Below are positions 18,723-29,006 of a stretch of DNA of 64,000 nucleotides, piece after piece. The stretch is taken from assembly GCA_963664875.1 (NCBI GenBank), contig OY761611.1, positions 3,424,001 to 3,488,000 of the forward strand, in the 5' to 3' direction. The notes below the pieces were generated by a model. That model was given only the letters and a program-made list of their open reading frames with translations. It was not told where the DNA came from and made no database searches. The translations under genes were made by a program, and so were the position numbers. The stretch's first letter is position 1; every line of letters starts with the position of its first letter. Source of the stretch: Candidatus Kapaibacterium sp. GTDB lineage: Bacteria > Bacteroidota > Ignavibacteria > Kapaibacteriales > UBA2268.

Positions 18723-19304
18723 TTTAAATTGCTTCCTAACTCTACTACCAATATGCTACTTGCACAAAACAATAATACCACTATTGCAACTTTTACGCAT
18801 TTTAATGGGATTCAACAAACTAATTGGAATACAATTATGAATAACCAAATTACTAAATGGCAAAGTTACGCTCCAAAAGTTGCAAAATTTGCTACTGAAA
18901 ATGATATTAGTGTGATGTCAGCTGCTAGTTTTAAAAAAGAATATTCCAATCAAGTTGCTGCTCTAAATCCAAATACTGGAATGCTGGAAGTTAAGTTTCC
19001 TGAAGAAAATGAAGACAATACATTGGAGCAAGATTTACTCCATGAAACTGTTCATGTTATGGGGTATAGTGAATATGCTGCATGGTCAGTTGATTTAGCT
19101 TTGGGGAATGTAGACAAAGATACTTTTCTATATAATTTGAAAAAGAATGAAAGTTTTAGGAATGATTATATTTTTGGAAATCATGAAGCATACAAAGATA
19201 ATAGTATAGTTACCTCACAAAGAAATAATCTAAAAAATGGTAAAATAACTTATGAACAGCTTGTTCAACAAATGGTTGAATATGGGAACAGTATAATAAA
19301 ATGA
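18639..19304 (+). CDS. Orphan Rhs C-terminal toxin, HEXXH metallopeptidase-like
   Basis: Follows the Rhs core end; LLHETVHVMG..EY.AW. Confidence 0.72.
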   Translation: MWEKYYAWSPYQYSMNNPVSLADWNGKDFKLLPNSTTNMLLAQNNNTTIATFTHFNGIQQTNWNTIMNNQITKWQSYAPKVAKFATENDISVMSAASFKKEYSNQVAALNPNTGMLEVKFPEENEDNTLEQDLLHETVHVMGYSEYAAWSVDLALGNVDKDTFLYNLKKNESFRNDYIFGNHEAYKDNSIVTSQRNNLKNGKITYEQLVQQMVEYGNSIIK

Positions 19305-19981
19305 GAAAGTTAATCATTATATTATGTAGTGTAATCATTTTTGTTGCATGTACTTATGAGCAGCATGTATTACAATTACCTGCATATAGATCTTCTGTTA
19401 CTATAGAAAGATATGTAGCTAAGATGAGAGGGTATAAACCTTTTAATACATTGAATGATTCTGTAGGTATGAAAATGGTGTTTGAAAATGTAGGAGCTTC
19501 GAACAAAGCCTACTTTGGAATAACCCTAGAACCAAATGAATTTAAAGTAAAGTCTTCAGATTTAGAAATCAGACTAACTCGATATGTCAGTTTACAAACA
19601 GATAAACCAAATCTTGGACCCCAAAATATTTTTATAAGCCTTAAACAGACAGATACATTATTCAATGCTTTTTTTATTATTTGGGAGCCTGAGCTGGATA
19701 CTGCTTCACCTTACTTTATAGATAATCCTGAATGGCTCAATAGAAAATCACAAAATATTATTACAAATCTAACCAAAGAAGAATTGTTAAAGATAATTCC
19801 TGACATAACAATAGAGAATGTCAAAATGGTATCTTCCAATATCTTTATCAATGACAATATTTCCAGATTAAGGTTGGATTTCTATGAAAATATTCGATTT
19901 GATAATCTTGAACTTGGAATGACTTATGAGTATTGGAATCAGTATAAACGAAATGAAGATATCGGTATAAAATACAGATAG
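19301..19981 (+). CDS. Putative immunity lipoprotein
   Basis: Start overlaps the toxin stop; lipobox FVAC. Confidence 0.65.
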   Translation: MRKLIIILCSVIIFVACTYEQHVLQLPAYRSSVTIERYVAKMRGYKPFNTLNDSVGMKMVFENVGASNKAYFGITLEPNEFKVKSSDLEIRLTRYVSLQTDKPNLGPQNIFISLKQTDTLFNAFFIIWEPELDTASPYFIDNPEWLNRKSQNIITNLTKEELLKIIPDITIENVKMVSSNIFINDNISRLRLDFYENIRFDNLELGMTYEYWNQYKRNEDIGIKYR

Positions 19982-19983
19982 CC

Positions 19984-20424
19984 ACGACCAATGCACCGCC
20001 TACATCGGCAAGGAACTGGACAGAGAAAGCGAACTTGGTGACCACGGAGTGCGTAAAGTAGATTACGGGCTGGGCAGGTTTACTACTATAGATCTAAGGT
20101 CACTGAGCGAGCGCAGCGAGTCGAAGTGTGGGAAAAATACTACGCATGGTCACCGTACCAGTATAGTATGAATAATCCGGTGAGTTTGGTTGATTATTAC
20201 TCAATTTTTCCTTGTTATCAACTATTGCCCTCCTGCATTTGAAGTCAAGGTTAAGAAGGATTAGTCAGCAAATGGTGTGACATTTTCGGTGAAAATTGAG
20301 AATCAGGTATCTCCTAAGTCTGGGAACAAATCCAAATTAGCAAAAAAACAAGAAGAATTAACTAGTAAAGTACAACAAGCTGCAAGTGAGATGACAGAGC
20401 ATGGAAAAGCATTTATTAGCCAAT
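19984..20424 (+). pseudogene. Rhs core remnant 2 plus decayed toxin fragment
   Basis: Core at 19984-20196 with insert 20094-20128; short remnant PPAFEVKVKKD*SANGVTF...EMTEHGKAFISQ*. Confidence 0.7.
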
Positions 20425-21222
20425 AAGAATTCTGTTTGGTTGTGTATATTTTTAATTTGGATAACTATTGTAAATAGTTGCTCTAATATAGATAAACCTG
20501 ACAAAAAAAAGTTTGAAATACCTCTAACCGAGTATAAGATTCCTGTTGTTGATAGCCTTAAGCTGTCTGGATATAATATAAGAGGAACAAATTTTGAAGC
20601 AAATTATCGTCACTGGCAAGTATTAACAATTGATTCATATTTAAAAATTAGGCACTATTTTTCCGCCGACAGCATTGCATTTACAAATTGTGACCAAGTC
20701 ATATGCTATCCTACAATTTCTTATTTAATGCAAGAACATCATAATATAAACGAGAAATTAGAAAGTCTTTTGGAATTTAAAGTTCAAAACTTAATTGCTA
20801 TAAAAGAAGAAGACAGTGCTTCATTCAACAAAGCATTTTATATATCATGGCTTAATGAACCACAATTGATTCCTTCGGGCAAGCAAGGTCACCACAGTTG
20901 GTTTACAACCATTTATAGCGATGAAATAGATTCAACAACTTTTGCAGTATTTACAACTTTAGATTCCTTGATATTGAGAAGGATTTATCCCAAATATAAA
21001 GGTCTTATTACTCAAATACATATCGATACTATATTTTTGCCTTTTGTTCAAAGAAATTCTATTGATTACTATCCTGAGATAAAAATTGATTCGTTTTACT
21101 ACAGCAATTGTGTATTACCGCACGAATACTCGAGCAAGTTAAATTGGTTTTCAAAAGAGGCAAGAGATTCACTCAAACTAGAATTAGATTCCATGATGAA
21201 AATAAAATCTATTCATTTTTAG
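20401..21222 (+). CDS. Putative immunity lipoprotein (its toxin is lost)
   Basis: Overlaps the end of the toxin remnant; hydrophobic N-terminus ending VNSC. Confidence 0.6.
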   Translation: MEKHLLANKNSVWLCIFLIWITIVNSCSNIDKPDKKKFEIPLTEYKIPVVDSLKLSGYNIRGTNFEANYRHWQVLTIDSYLKIRHYFSADSIAFTNCDQVICYPTISYLMQEHHNINEKLESLLEFKVQNLIAIKEEDSASFNKAFYISWLNEPQLIPSGKQGHHSWFTTIYSDEIDSTTFAVFTTLDSLILRRIYPKYKGLITQIHIDTIFLPFVQRNSIDYYPEIKIDSFYYSNCVLPHEYSSKLNWFSKEARDSLKLELDSMMKIKSIHF

Positions 21223-21286
21223 GAATATGAGATGTATTGTTTGTCTCTATGCTGAATCAAACCCCAAAAAGCTTGAGTCAATATAT

Positions 21287-21506
21287 AAAAATTTGATTAT
21301 CTTCCATTTGGGAAGCTTGCTCCTGCCATTGGTGGAGACCACGGCGTACGTAAAGTAGATTACGGGCTGGGCAGGTTTACTACGTGTGATCTAAGGTCAC
21401 TGAGCGAGCGCAGCGAGTCGAAGTGTGGGGAAAATACTACGCTTGGTCTCCGTACCAGTATAGTCTGAATAATCCGGTGAGTTTTTTGGATGAGAATGGG
21501 AAGGAT
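21287..21506 (+). repeat. Rhs core remnant 3 (internal deletion plus insert 21391-21425)
   Basis: FDYLPFGKLAPAIG-GDHGVRKVDYGLGRFTTCD / WGKYYAWSPYQYSLNNP. Confidence 0.9.
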
Positions 21507-22088
21507 TTTGGTTTTGTAGTTAAGCCAACTGAAGGAGCAAATTTTGGACATACGTATTTATATTTTCAAGACAAACAGGGACAATGGTATAGATATGATC
21601 AGGGCAATTATGAAAACAGAGCTCCGTCAGGTGGTCGGGCAACTGTTACAGGCAAGGACTATGATGCAACTGTAAAAATTGATCCTGTAGATGGAGTGCC
21701 TGATGATGCAATATTATTTAAGACAACTGAAAATCAAGATAAGGCAATTAGTGAAAGTGCGTTTATGTCTCAATATTTGCACAATAATGATTACTTACCT
21801 TATAATCTGTATCACAATAATTGCACAGATGCAGCCGTAGATGTTATATTGGATGCTATATACAACGGTACTAGTGTCAATATTTTTAATCCTTGGGATA
21901 TGCCTGCTCCTAATACATGGTTCAAATATTTGAAAGAAGAAATCAAAAAAGGAACTCAAAAGACAGATTTTAGGGATTTGGATAAAACAGTAGATTCTCT
22001 TGAAGAAATGGAAGAGCAGTTACCACAACAAAAGAGCGTTGCCCCTCAAGACAATACAGCAGTAAAAAAGCAGGAGATTAAACAATGA
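21423..22088 (+). CDS. Orphan Rhs C-terminal toxin, permuted papain-like (His...Asn-Cys)
   Basis: FGHTY ... YNLYHNNCTD. Confidence 0.7.
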   Translation: MWGKYYAWSPYQYSLNNPVSFLDENGKDFGFVVKPTEGANFGHTYLYFQDKQGQWYRYDQGNYENRAPSGGRATVTGKDYDATVKIDPVDGVPDDAILFKTTENQDKAISESAFMSQYLHNNDYLPYNLYHNNCTDAAVDVILDAIYNGTSVNIFNPWDMPAPNTWFKYLKEEIKKGTQKTDFRDLDKTVDSLEEMEEQLPQQKSVAPQDNTAVKKQEIKQ

Positions 22089-22579
22089 TTAGTTATACTA
22101 AAATAGTATTTTGTTTTGGCATTATTGTTTTTCTCTTATCAACGTCTTGCCAATCAGACAGACAAAAAGCTGATATTAATATAGATACTATTTTTGATTA
22201 TAGTAATTACTTGATTCAATATAGTTTAGAAGCTAATGAAATAGAACAACTGAAAGATAAATTTTATAATGATTTAGGTTATAAATCAAGAATAAGAGGT
22301 AAATTAAAGTTGTTATTGTTGAATGATTCACTTGTTACAATAGATAAAAATGATATCGTAATAAAACTCGATAGTCATAGATTTTCTATAAATACTGACT
22401 ATGCAGATATATTTAAAGGACCTGGAAGCATAGATTTAAAGAAAGATATCAATTATTCTATAGAATGTTTCTGGTATTTCGATGATACATTATTATTGAA
22501 TGATATTAAAAAGATTAGACTCGGAGATGTAAAATATGGAGAGTCACATATTAGAATTAAAGAGAAACTAACAAAATAA
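22085..22579 (+). CDS. Putative immunity lipoprotein
   Basis: ATGA overlap with the toxin stop; lipobox-like STSC. Confidence 0.65.
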   Translation: MISYTKIVFCFGIIVFLLSTSCQSDRQKADINIDTIFDYSNYLIQYSLEANEIEQLKDKFYNDLGYKSRIRGKLKLLLLNDSLVTIDKNDIVIKLDSHRFSINTDYADIFKGPGSIDLKKDINYSIECFWYFDDTLLLNDIKKIRLGDVKYGESHIRIKEKLTK

Positions 22580-22650
22580 TCTATCAGTAAGATTATGGAT
22601 GATTATTATAATCAAACCCCAAAAAGCTTGAGTCTTACTATTAGAAAATC

Positions 22651-22842
22651 GAAAAATTTGATTATCTTCCATTTGGAAAGCTTGCTCCTGCCATTGGTGG
22701 CGACCACGGCGTCCGTAAAGTAGATTACGGGCTGGGCAGGTTTACTACTATAGATCCACTGTGGGAGAAATATTATGCGTGGTCACCGTACCAGTATAGT
22801 ATGAATAATCCGGTGAGTTTGGCGGATAGGAATGGGAAGGAT
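22651..22842 (+). repeat. Rhs core remnant 4 (no insert; in frame with its toxin)
   Basis: KFDYLPFGKLAPAIGGDHGVRKVDYGLGRFTTIDPLWEKYYAWSPYQYSMNNP is open in one frame, preceded by TAG at 22642. Confidence 0.9.
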
Positions 22843-23442
22843 ATTTATTTAGTAATGTGGAAGACAGATTCAGATAACTGGGGACATGCGGGACTAGCGT
22901 ATGATATCAAAGATGCGAATGGAAATCCAACGGGGACATATGCATACATGGATCTTTGGCCAACGGAAAGTATAGGTATGTTCAATTACGATGAAGACGT
23001 TACTCCATATTACCAAGGCGTAGGACTGAATGACTTGACAAAAATAGATAAAAATGATTTTGATAATTCTAGTAATGATGATATTCAAGAGCACAAGCCA
23101 TCTTATCCTGATGGAATTATAAAAATTCCTACAAATACAGAAGATGAAAAGAAAATTTTGCAAAAAGCTGCTTCTTTTCAAAACGACAACAAGTCTTACA
23201 ATAGTGAAAGTTGGAATTGCAGTTCTTTTGTGTCAACTTTAATTCAGCAAGCTTATCCAAATTTTTTAGCAATAGAGTACATTAAGTGGTCGAAAATGTT
23301 TGTATCTACCCCTCATAAATTATTTCAGAGTGCAAAAAAAATTGAAGGGGCTGAGGTCATTAAAGATCCTTGTGAAGATGTGCAAGAAGGATTTGAAAAT
23401 GCTACGTCAGCAAAATCAAAAAAATCGAAAAAGAAAGAATAG
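22801..23442 (+). CDS. Orphan Rhs C-terminal toxin, permuted papain-like (His...Asn-Cys)
   Basis: WGHAG ... YNSESWNCSSFV ... STPHKL. Confidence 0.7.
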   Translation: MNNPVSLADRNGKDIYLVMWKTDSDNWGHAGLAYDIKDANGNPTGTYAYMDLWPTESIGMFNYDEDVTPYYQGVGLNDLTKIDKNDFDNSSNDDIQEHKPSYPDGIIKIPTNTEDEKKILQKAASFQNDNKSYNSESWNCSSFVSTLIQQAYPNFLAIEYIKWSKMFVSTPHKLFQSAKKIEGAEVIKDPCEDVQEGFENATSAKSKKSKKKE

Positions 23443-23468
23443 CATACTTAAAATAATTAGGATAAAAT

Positions 23469-23927
23469 ATGAAAATAGTAGCAATAGTTATAACATTAAT
23501 AGCTTTAATTATTTTGTGTTTGTTATGTTACAAATCAAGGTATTCTAATATTTTTGATATAATACCTTTGAAAAGAAATGAGATTGTAAAAATTGAAATT
23601 AAATACATTATACGTCAGAAAATTGATAGTATGATGTATAAAAGTCAATACCAATTTTATGAAAAAAAGAAGTTTAGTTTAGTTGTATATGAGCAAAGTT
23701 TGCAGGATAGTATATATTACAATGCCAATATCAAACAAGATATAAAGAGATCTATGTTTAATATACGTTCTATAATTGTAATTAATGATAGTATTTCTAT
23801 AAATCTAGCTCCACAAGGCTGGAGTTTATGCAGAATAAATGGTAATCAATATAAAATAGATAATAATATTTACAATGTATTGCAAAAAATAGTTACATCA
23901 AATACTGAACACATTCCTTTCTTTTAG
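23469..23927 (+). CDS. Putative immunity protein (N-terminal membrane anchor)
   Basis: Directly follows the toxin; very AT-rich; hydrophobic N-terminus. Confidence 0.6.
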   Translation: MKIVAIVITLIALIILCLLCYKSRYSNIFDIIPLKRNEIVKIEIKYIIRQKIDSMMYKSQYQFYEKKKFSLVVYEQSLQDSIYYNANIKQDIKRSMFNIRSIIVINDSISINLAPQGWSLCRINGNQYKIDNNIYNVLQKIVTSNTEHIPFF

Positions 23928-24135
23928 GGACTAAAAAAATAGTAGATCATGTTAATCTTAGTTAGATTTAAAAGGTCGAATATAATAAATATCATAACAA
24001 GACTCATGCTATAACCCAGCTTGAGTTTTTTTAGTAGGTAGCAAACCGAAAAATTTGATTATCTTCCATTCACCTAAAAAAATATCACAAAACTTCGGAG
24101 CTCACCTCTCAGATAACTCAAATACGACTTAAGAT

Positions 24136-25353
24136 TTAAAAGAGTCTGATGCCTAATGCCATGCCAAACCAGTCTCTGGTCCAATGATGATCGTTCCTGT
24201 AAACGGGGTTGCCTTTGTCGGTAAAGTTCGAACCGTCGTTGATGATTGAATAGTAAAAATTGAAGGTTGGGCCGGCAAAAACTTTTATACCGTTTGTCAG
24301 CTTGAAACCTGCCACTACGTGAGTTCGGGTGATAAAGTGCAGTTCATTTGTCCAAAAGCCTTTGTCCGGTTCGTTGATGTGCTCGGCACTCTGCCCGGCT
24401 TCTATATAAAACCTGTCGCTCAGCTCAGCGTTTACTGCCCAAGTAAAACCAAGCAGCCATCTGTCTTTATCTTCCTGATCTATACCAAAATAAGCTATAT
24501 TTACAAATTTGTCGTTACCGGAAACGATGCCGACTCGTGCTATTTTATTCTCATCTGTCCAAATTGACAAATCAACTCCGGTTTCGCCGACAAAAGAGAA
24601 AATTCCAAGCGAAGCACCATCGTTTGAAGCGGCTATGTTGATAGGAGCTACCTGCACTCCCGACATATCTTCTGCTACATTGACAATACCGGAAATCTGC
24701 ATACCTGTAAAGTCAGCAGCAGAGCTTGCTATACCGGAAATCTGCATACCTATGCCGTCGGATGCGGAGCTGTTAATTCCCGATATTTGAATTCCGTTCA
24801 TTCCGTCCGCCACAGTGTTGCTTATGCCTGCCACCTGTATCCCGTTCAAATTTGATTCTATATTATTTGCAACAGATGCAATCTGCACTCCTTGGGTAAA
24901 GCCGGTACTCAAATTGAAAATACCTGCCACCTGAATACCGAGCATTTCCGCATGATTAACATTAGTAATGCCTGCTATCTGAATGCCGTTGAGCCCAAGG
25001 TGGCTGATGTTTACTATGCTGGCATTCTGGATGCCACGCACAAATCCCTCAGCTCTATTGCCTATTCCCGAGATCTGAATACCTGTAACATCTTCGCGAT
25101 AGTGATTCCAGATGAGACCATACTCTATGCCTTCCAGCTTGTAAGCCGAACCTACGATATTCAGCGATATATGATTGACTATTCTGCCGTATGGGTAAAC
25201 GATTTCGCCCACGGAAAGGCCGGGCATGATAGAAAAATTGACAGGCATATATTTGTATCTTGCAGGCGTGGCAGTGTTGAGCTTTATTTCATGATCCTGA
25301 GCCTGCGAGGCGATGCCTATCATTACTAAAAATATGAGAATGTATTTTACCAT
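24136..25353 (-). CDS. Surface protein with GxQ repeats (LA_2272-like) and a C-terminal beta-barrel-like region
   Basis: Signal peptide; about ten G(I/V/M)Q(I/V)(S/A)G..N repeats; ends GIRLF. Confidence 0.78.
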   Translation of the reverse strand: MVKYILIFLVMIGIASQAQDHEIKLNTATPARYKYMPVNFSIMPGLSVGEIVYPYGRIVNHISLNIVGSAYKLEGIEYGLIWNHYREDVTGIQISGIGNRAEGFVRGIQNASIVNISHLGLNGIQIAGITNVNHAEMLGIQVAGIFNLSTGFTQGVQIASVANNIESNLNGIQVAGISNTVADGMNGIQISGINSSASDGIGMQISGIASSAADFTGMQISGIVNVAEDMSGVQVAPINIAASNDGASLGIFSFVGETGVDLSIWTDENKIARVGIVSGNDKFVNIAYFGIDQEDKDRWLLGFTWAVNAELSDRFYIEAGQSAEHINEPDKGFWTNELHFITRTHVVAGFKLTNGIKVFAGPTFNFYYSIINDGSNFTDKGNPVYRNDHHWTRDWFGMALGIRLF

Positions 25354-25556
25354 TTGGTCTTAGAGCATTTCCGTATAAAAAAATTGAAAAAATAGAAAAA
25401 ACCGAGCCAATTTTCAAATAGATTTGGTTTTTAATTCCATTTCAAGTAATTTTTGATTTCTTGGGTTTAATATGGTCAAAACGGTTTTTCAAATTCCGTT
25501 CAATCTGCACCATAAGGGAAATATTTTTTGTTAAATAAATAGAAAGACAAATACTA

Positions 25557-27566
25557 ATGGAATTTGGTATTAGAAACGTTATTTTTATCGTTTTGTTTCT
25601 TGCTGCTATGGGTTTTCTCGGAGAAAATATCCATAGACTAATCTCATATCTCAAAACAGCCAAGCAGGAAAACAAAACTGACAGAATTTTAGACAGAATC
25701 AAAAAGACATTGAACGTAGCACTTTTTCAGTCTAAAATCATGCGCGACCCCGTAGCCGGGCCTATTCACGCCGGCATATTTTGGGGTTTCCTTGTGCTGA
25801 TGTTTTCTGCGGCAAGCTCCATCATGGAAGGCTTCGGCGTCAGACATTTCTTTGATTTTATGGGACCGGTCTGGACTCTGATTACTCTATCTACCGATAT
25901 TTTTATCCCTGTGGTCATTGTGGCAGTAATTTGGGCTGCCCAGAGAAGATTTATTCTTAAAGAAAAGAGATTGCAGGTAGAAGGAGAAGCAGGCGAGGCA
26001 GCTCTAATATTGGCTATGATTTTTACTATCGTTACTTCTCTGATGCTCGAAAATGCTGCTAACATCAAAATGGGCATAGACGCTCAGCATGCCTTGAGAC
26101 CTTTTGCGGGCATTATCGCAGGATTCCTTTCTGCTGATATAGCTCCCTATATTCATGAAGTTGGTTTCTGGCTGCATATCGGTGTGATTATGGCATTTAT
26201 GAACTTTTTGCCTTACTCAAAACACCTTCACGTTTATACCTCAATTCCGAATGTATTTATATCGTCTATAGAGTACCCTAATAAACTCGAAAAGATGAAT
26301 TTCGAAGATGAAAATCTAACTAAATATGGTATAGTTGATATCGACGATTTGAATTGGAAATCGATGATGGACGGCTATTCATGTACCCACTGCGGTAGAT
26401 GTACCAGCGTTTGCCCGGCTAATCTTACAGGTAAGCAGCTCGATCCGAGAGAAATAATTGTTCAGGTTAGGGAGCGTACTTTCGACATTGGTGACATACT
26501 TGTCAAAAAACAAAAATTCGGCGAAGATGTTGAGCTTTCTGATATAGAGCAGCAAAAACTTGCTAAAACATTTGTAGGCGAATATCAAAATATCGACGCC
26601 ATTTGGCAATGCACTACTTGTGGTGCTTGTATGCAGGAATGTCCGGTTTCTATCGAGCATGTACCTGTTATAGTTGGTATGCGAAGAAATCTTGCAATGA
26701 TGGAAGCGAATTTTTCGCCTGAGCTTCAAACCACTTTTGGCAATTTGGAAACAAATTCTACTCCTTGGGCTTTTTCCTCAGCCGAACGTGCTGACTGGGC
26801 TGAAGGCTTGGAAATACCGACAGCAGCAGACACTCCTGATTTCGATATACTCTTTTGGGTAGGCTGTGCTGGTAGCTATGACGACAGAGCAAAAAAAATC
26901 TCTGTTGCCTTTTCTAAACTGATGCAAAAAGCAGGAGTCAACTTTGCTATATTAGGCACAGAAGAAGCCTGCAACGGCGATGTCGCACGCAGAGCCGGCA
27001 ATGAGTACCTTGCTAATATGCTGATAACAATGAACATGGAAACTCTCACACGCTACAATGTCAAAAAAATAGTAACTATATGCCCTCACTGCTTCAATAC
27101 ATTCAGAAATGAATATAAGGACTTTGGTGGCGAGTTCGAGGTAGTGCATCATACAGAATTTTTGAATCAGCTGATAAAAGACGGTAAACTCACAATCAAA
27201 GCCGGTAGCAAAATGGAAATAGCATACCATGACTCTTGCTATCTCGGCAGATATAATGACGTTTACGAAGCACCTCGCAACGTAATCGAAAGCGTGCCCG
27301 GGCTAAACATACTCGAAGCCGACAGACACCACGACAGAGGTCTTTGCTGCGGTGCCGGTGGTGGCCAGATGTTTATGGAAGAAACAGAAGGCAAGCGTGT
27401 AAATATTGAAAGAACCGAAGAACTTTTAGCTACCGGAGCAACTACAATAGCTGCTAACTGCCCATTCTGCATGACAATGATCAGCGATGGTGTAAAATCG
27501 AAAGACAAAGATGAAGAAGTAAAAGTTTTGGATATCGCAGAAATACTATTAGAACAAGTAGAGTAG
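25557..27566 (+). CDS. Membrane Fe-S oxidoreductase (HdrD/FadF-like, CCG domains)
   Basis: N-terminal TM region; CTHCGRCTSVCP; CTTCGACMQECP; YHDSCYLGR; CCGAGGG; CPFC. Confidence 0.9.
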   Translation: MEFGIRNVIFIVLFLAAMGFLGENIHRLISYLKTAKQENKTDRILDRIKKTLNVALFQSKIMRDPVAGPIHAGIFWGFLVLMFSAASSIMEGFGVRHFFDFMGPVWTLITLSTDIFIPVVIVAVIWAAQRRFILKEKRLQVEGEAGEAALILAMIFTIVTSLMLENAANIKMGIDAQHALRPFAGIIAGFLSADIAPYIHEVGFWLHIGVIMAFMNFLPYSKHLHVYTSIPNVFISSIEYPNKLEKMNFEDENLTKYGIVDIDDLNWKSMMDGYSCTHCGRCTSVCPANLTGKQLDPREIIVQVRERTFDIGDILVKKQKFGEDVELSDIEQQKLAKTFVGEYQNIDAIWQCTTCGACMQECPVSIEHVPVIVGMRRNLAMMEANFSPELQTTFGNLETNSTPWAFSSAERADWAEGLEIPTAADTPDFDILFWVGCAGSYDDRAKKISVAFSKLMQKAGVNFAILGTEEACNGDVARRAGNEYLANMLITMNMETLTRYNVKKIVTICPHCFNTFRNEYKDFGGEFEVVHHTEFLNQLIKDGKLTIKAGSKMEIAYHDSCYLGRYNDVYEAPRNVIESVPGLNILEADRHHDRGLCCGAGGGQMFMEETEGKRVNIERTEELLATGATTIAANCPFCMTMISDGVKSKDKDEEVKVLDIAEILLEQVE

Positions 27567-27682
27567 AAATAGTATTTCACTTACATAATCCGGTACTTAT
27601 GTTTATAGCATAATATCTTCTGATAAAGAAGTAAACACCGTCAAATATATTATTGCAAAATAGCAAAAATATGTTTATTTTT

Positions 27683-27718
27683 TAAGCACTGAGTAGTTAA
27701 TTCTACTCAGTGCTTTTT
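27683..27718 (+). terminator. Intrinsic terminator
   Basis: AAGCACTGAGTAG-TTAATT-CTACTCAGTGCTTTTT. Confidence 0.8.
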
Positions 27719-27738
27719 ATAATTTGGAGAACCAACCA

Positions 27739-29006
27739 ATGCGAAATATTTTTCAATTTAACTATTTATCTACACTGCTACTTAAAAGGAATTTATAATT
27801 TTATAAAAATATATAGTTTGACGAATTGACAAAAAAGAGAGGCTGAAAGCCTCAAAATAGATTAGCCCATGGCAACGCCATGGGTATAAGGCATCAAAAA
27901 AATTAGAGCCCTGAAAGGGCGGGAAGAAATGGCATGGCACACTCTTTAGGGTGTCCCGGGGCGATGCCCCTAGCTAATATCTTTCAGCCTTACAGACTGT
28001 ATGCAGAGTCCTTTTCAATTTGACAATTTATCCGCTCTGCTACTTAAATTGAATTTATAATTTTATAAAAAAATATATAGTTTGACGAATTGACAAAAAA
28101 GAGAGGCTGAAAGCCTCAAAAGAGATTAGCCCATGGCAACGCCATGGGTATAAGGCATCAAAAAAAATTAGAGCCCTGAAAGGGCGGGAAGAAATGGCAT
28201 GGCACACTCTTTAGGGTGTCCCGGGGCGATGCCCCTAGCTAATATCTTTCAGCCTTTCAGGCTGTATGCACAGTCCTTTTCAATTTGACAATTTATCCGC
28301 TCTGCTACTTAAATTGAATTTATAATTTTATAAAAAAATATATAGTTTGACGAATTGACAAAAAAGAGAGGCTGAAAGCCTCAAAAGAGATTAGCCCATG
28401 GCAACGCCATGGGTATAAGGCATCAAAAAAATTAGAGCCCTGAAAGGGCGGGAAGAAATGGCATGTCACACTCTTTAGGTGTCCCGGGGCGATGCCCCTA
28501 GCTAATATCTTTCAGCCTTTCAGGCTGTATGCAGAGTCCTTTTCAATTTAACTATTTATCTGCTCTGCTAGTAAAAGGAATTTATAATTTTATAAAAAAA
28601 TATATAGTTTGACGAATTGACAAAAAAGAGAGGCTGAAAGCCTCAAAAGAGATTAGCCCATGGCAACGCCATGGGTATAAGGCATTAAAATAAATTAGAG
28701 TCCTGAAAGGGCGGGAAGAAATGGCATGGCACACTCTTTAGGGTGTCCCGGGGCGATACCCCTAGCTAATATCTTTCAGCCTTTCAGGCTGTATGCAGAG
28801 TCCTTTTCAATTTAACTATTTATCTGCTCTGCTATTTAAAAGGAATTTATAATTTTATAAAAAAATATATAGTTTGACGAATTGACAAAAAAGAGAGGCT
28901 GAAAGCCTCAAAAGAGATTAGCCCATGGCAACGCCATGGGTATAAGGCATCAAAAAAAATTAGAGCCCTGAAAGGGCGGGAAGAAATGGCATGGCACACT
29001 CTTTAG
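27739..29006 (+). repeat. Tandem array of ~264-bp units (starts 27739, 28001, 28266, 28529, 28793); the fifth unit runs into tnpA
   Basis: Each unit has an AT-rich linker, AGGCTGAAAGCCT, CCCATGGCAACGCCATGGG, GCCCTGAAAGGGC and the first codons of tnpA (ATGGCACACTCTTTAG). In units 1-4 this is followed by the element's right end. Confidence 0.95.

Noticed and set aside
18518-24070. Integron cassette array
   Set aside because: No integron integrase or attC-type sites are recognisable; the repeats translate as Rhs core.
27739-29006. CRISPR array
   Set aside because: Units are ~264 bp and nearly identical throughout, there are no unique spacers or cas genes, and the units derive from the tnpA element ends.
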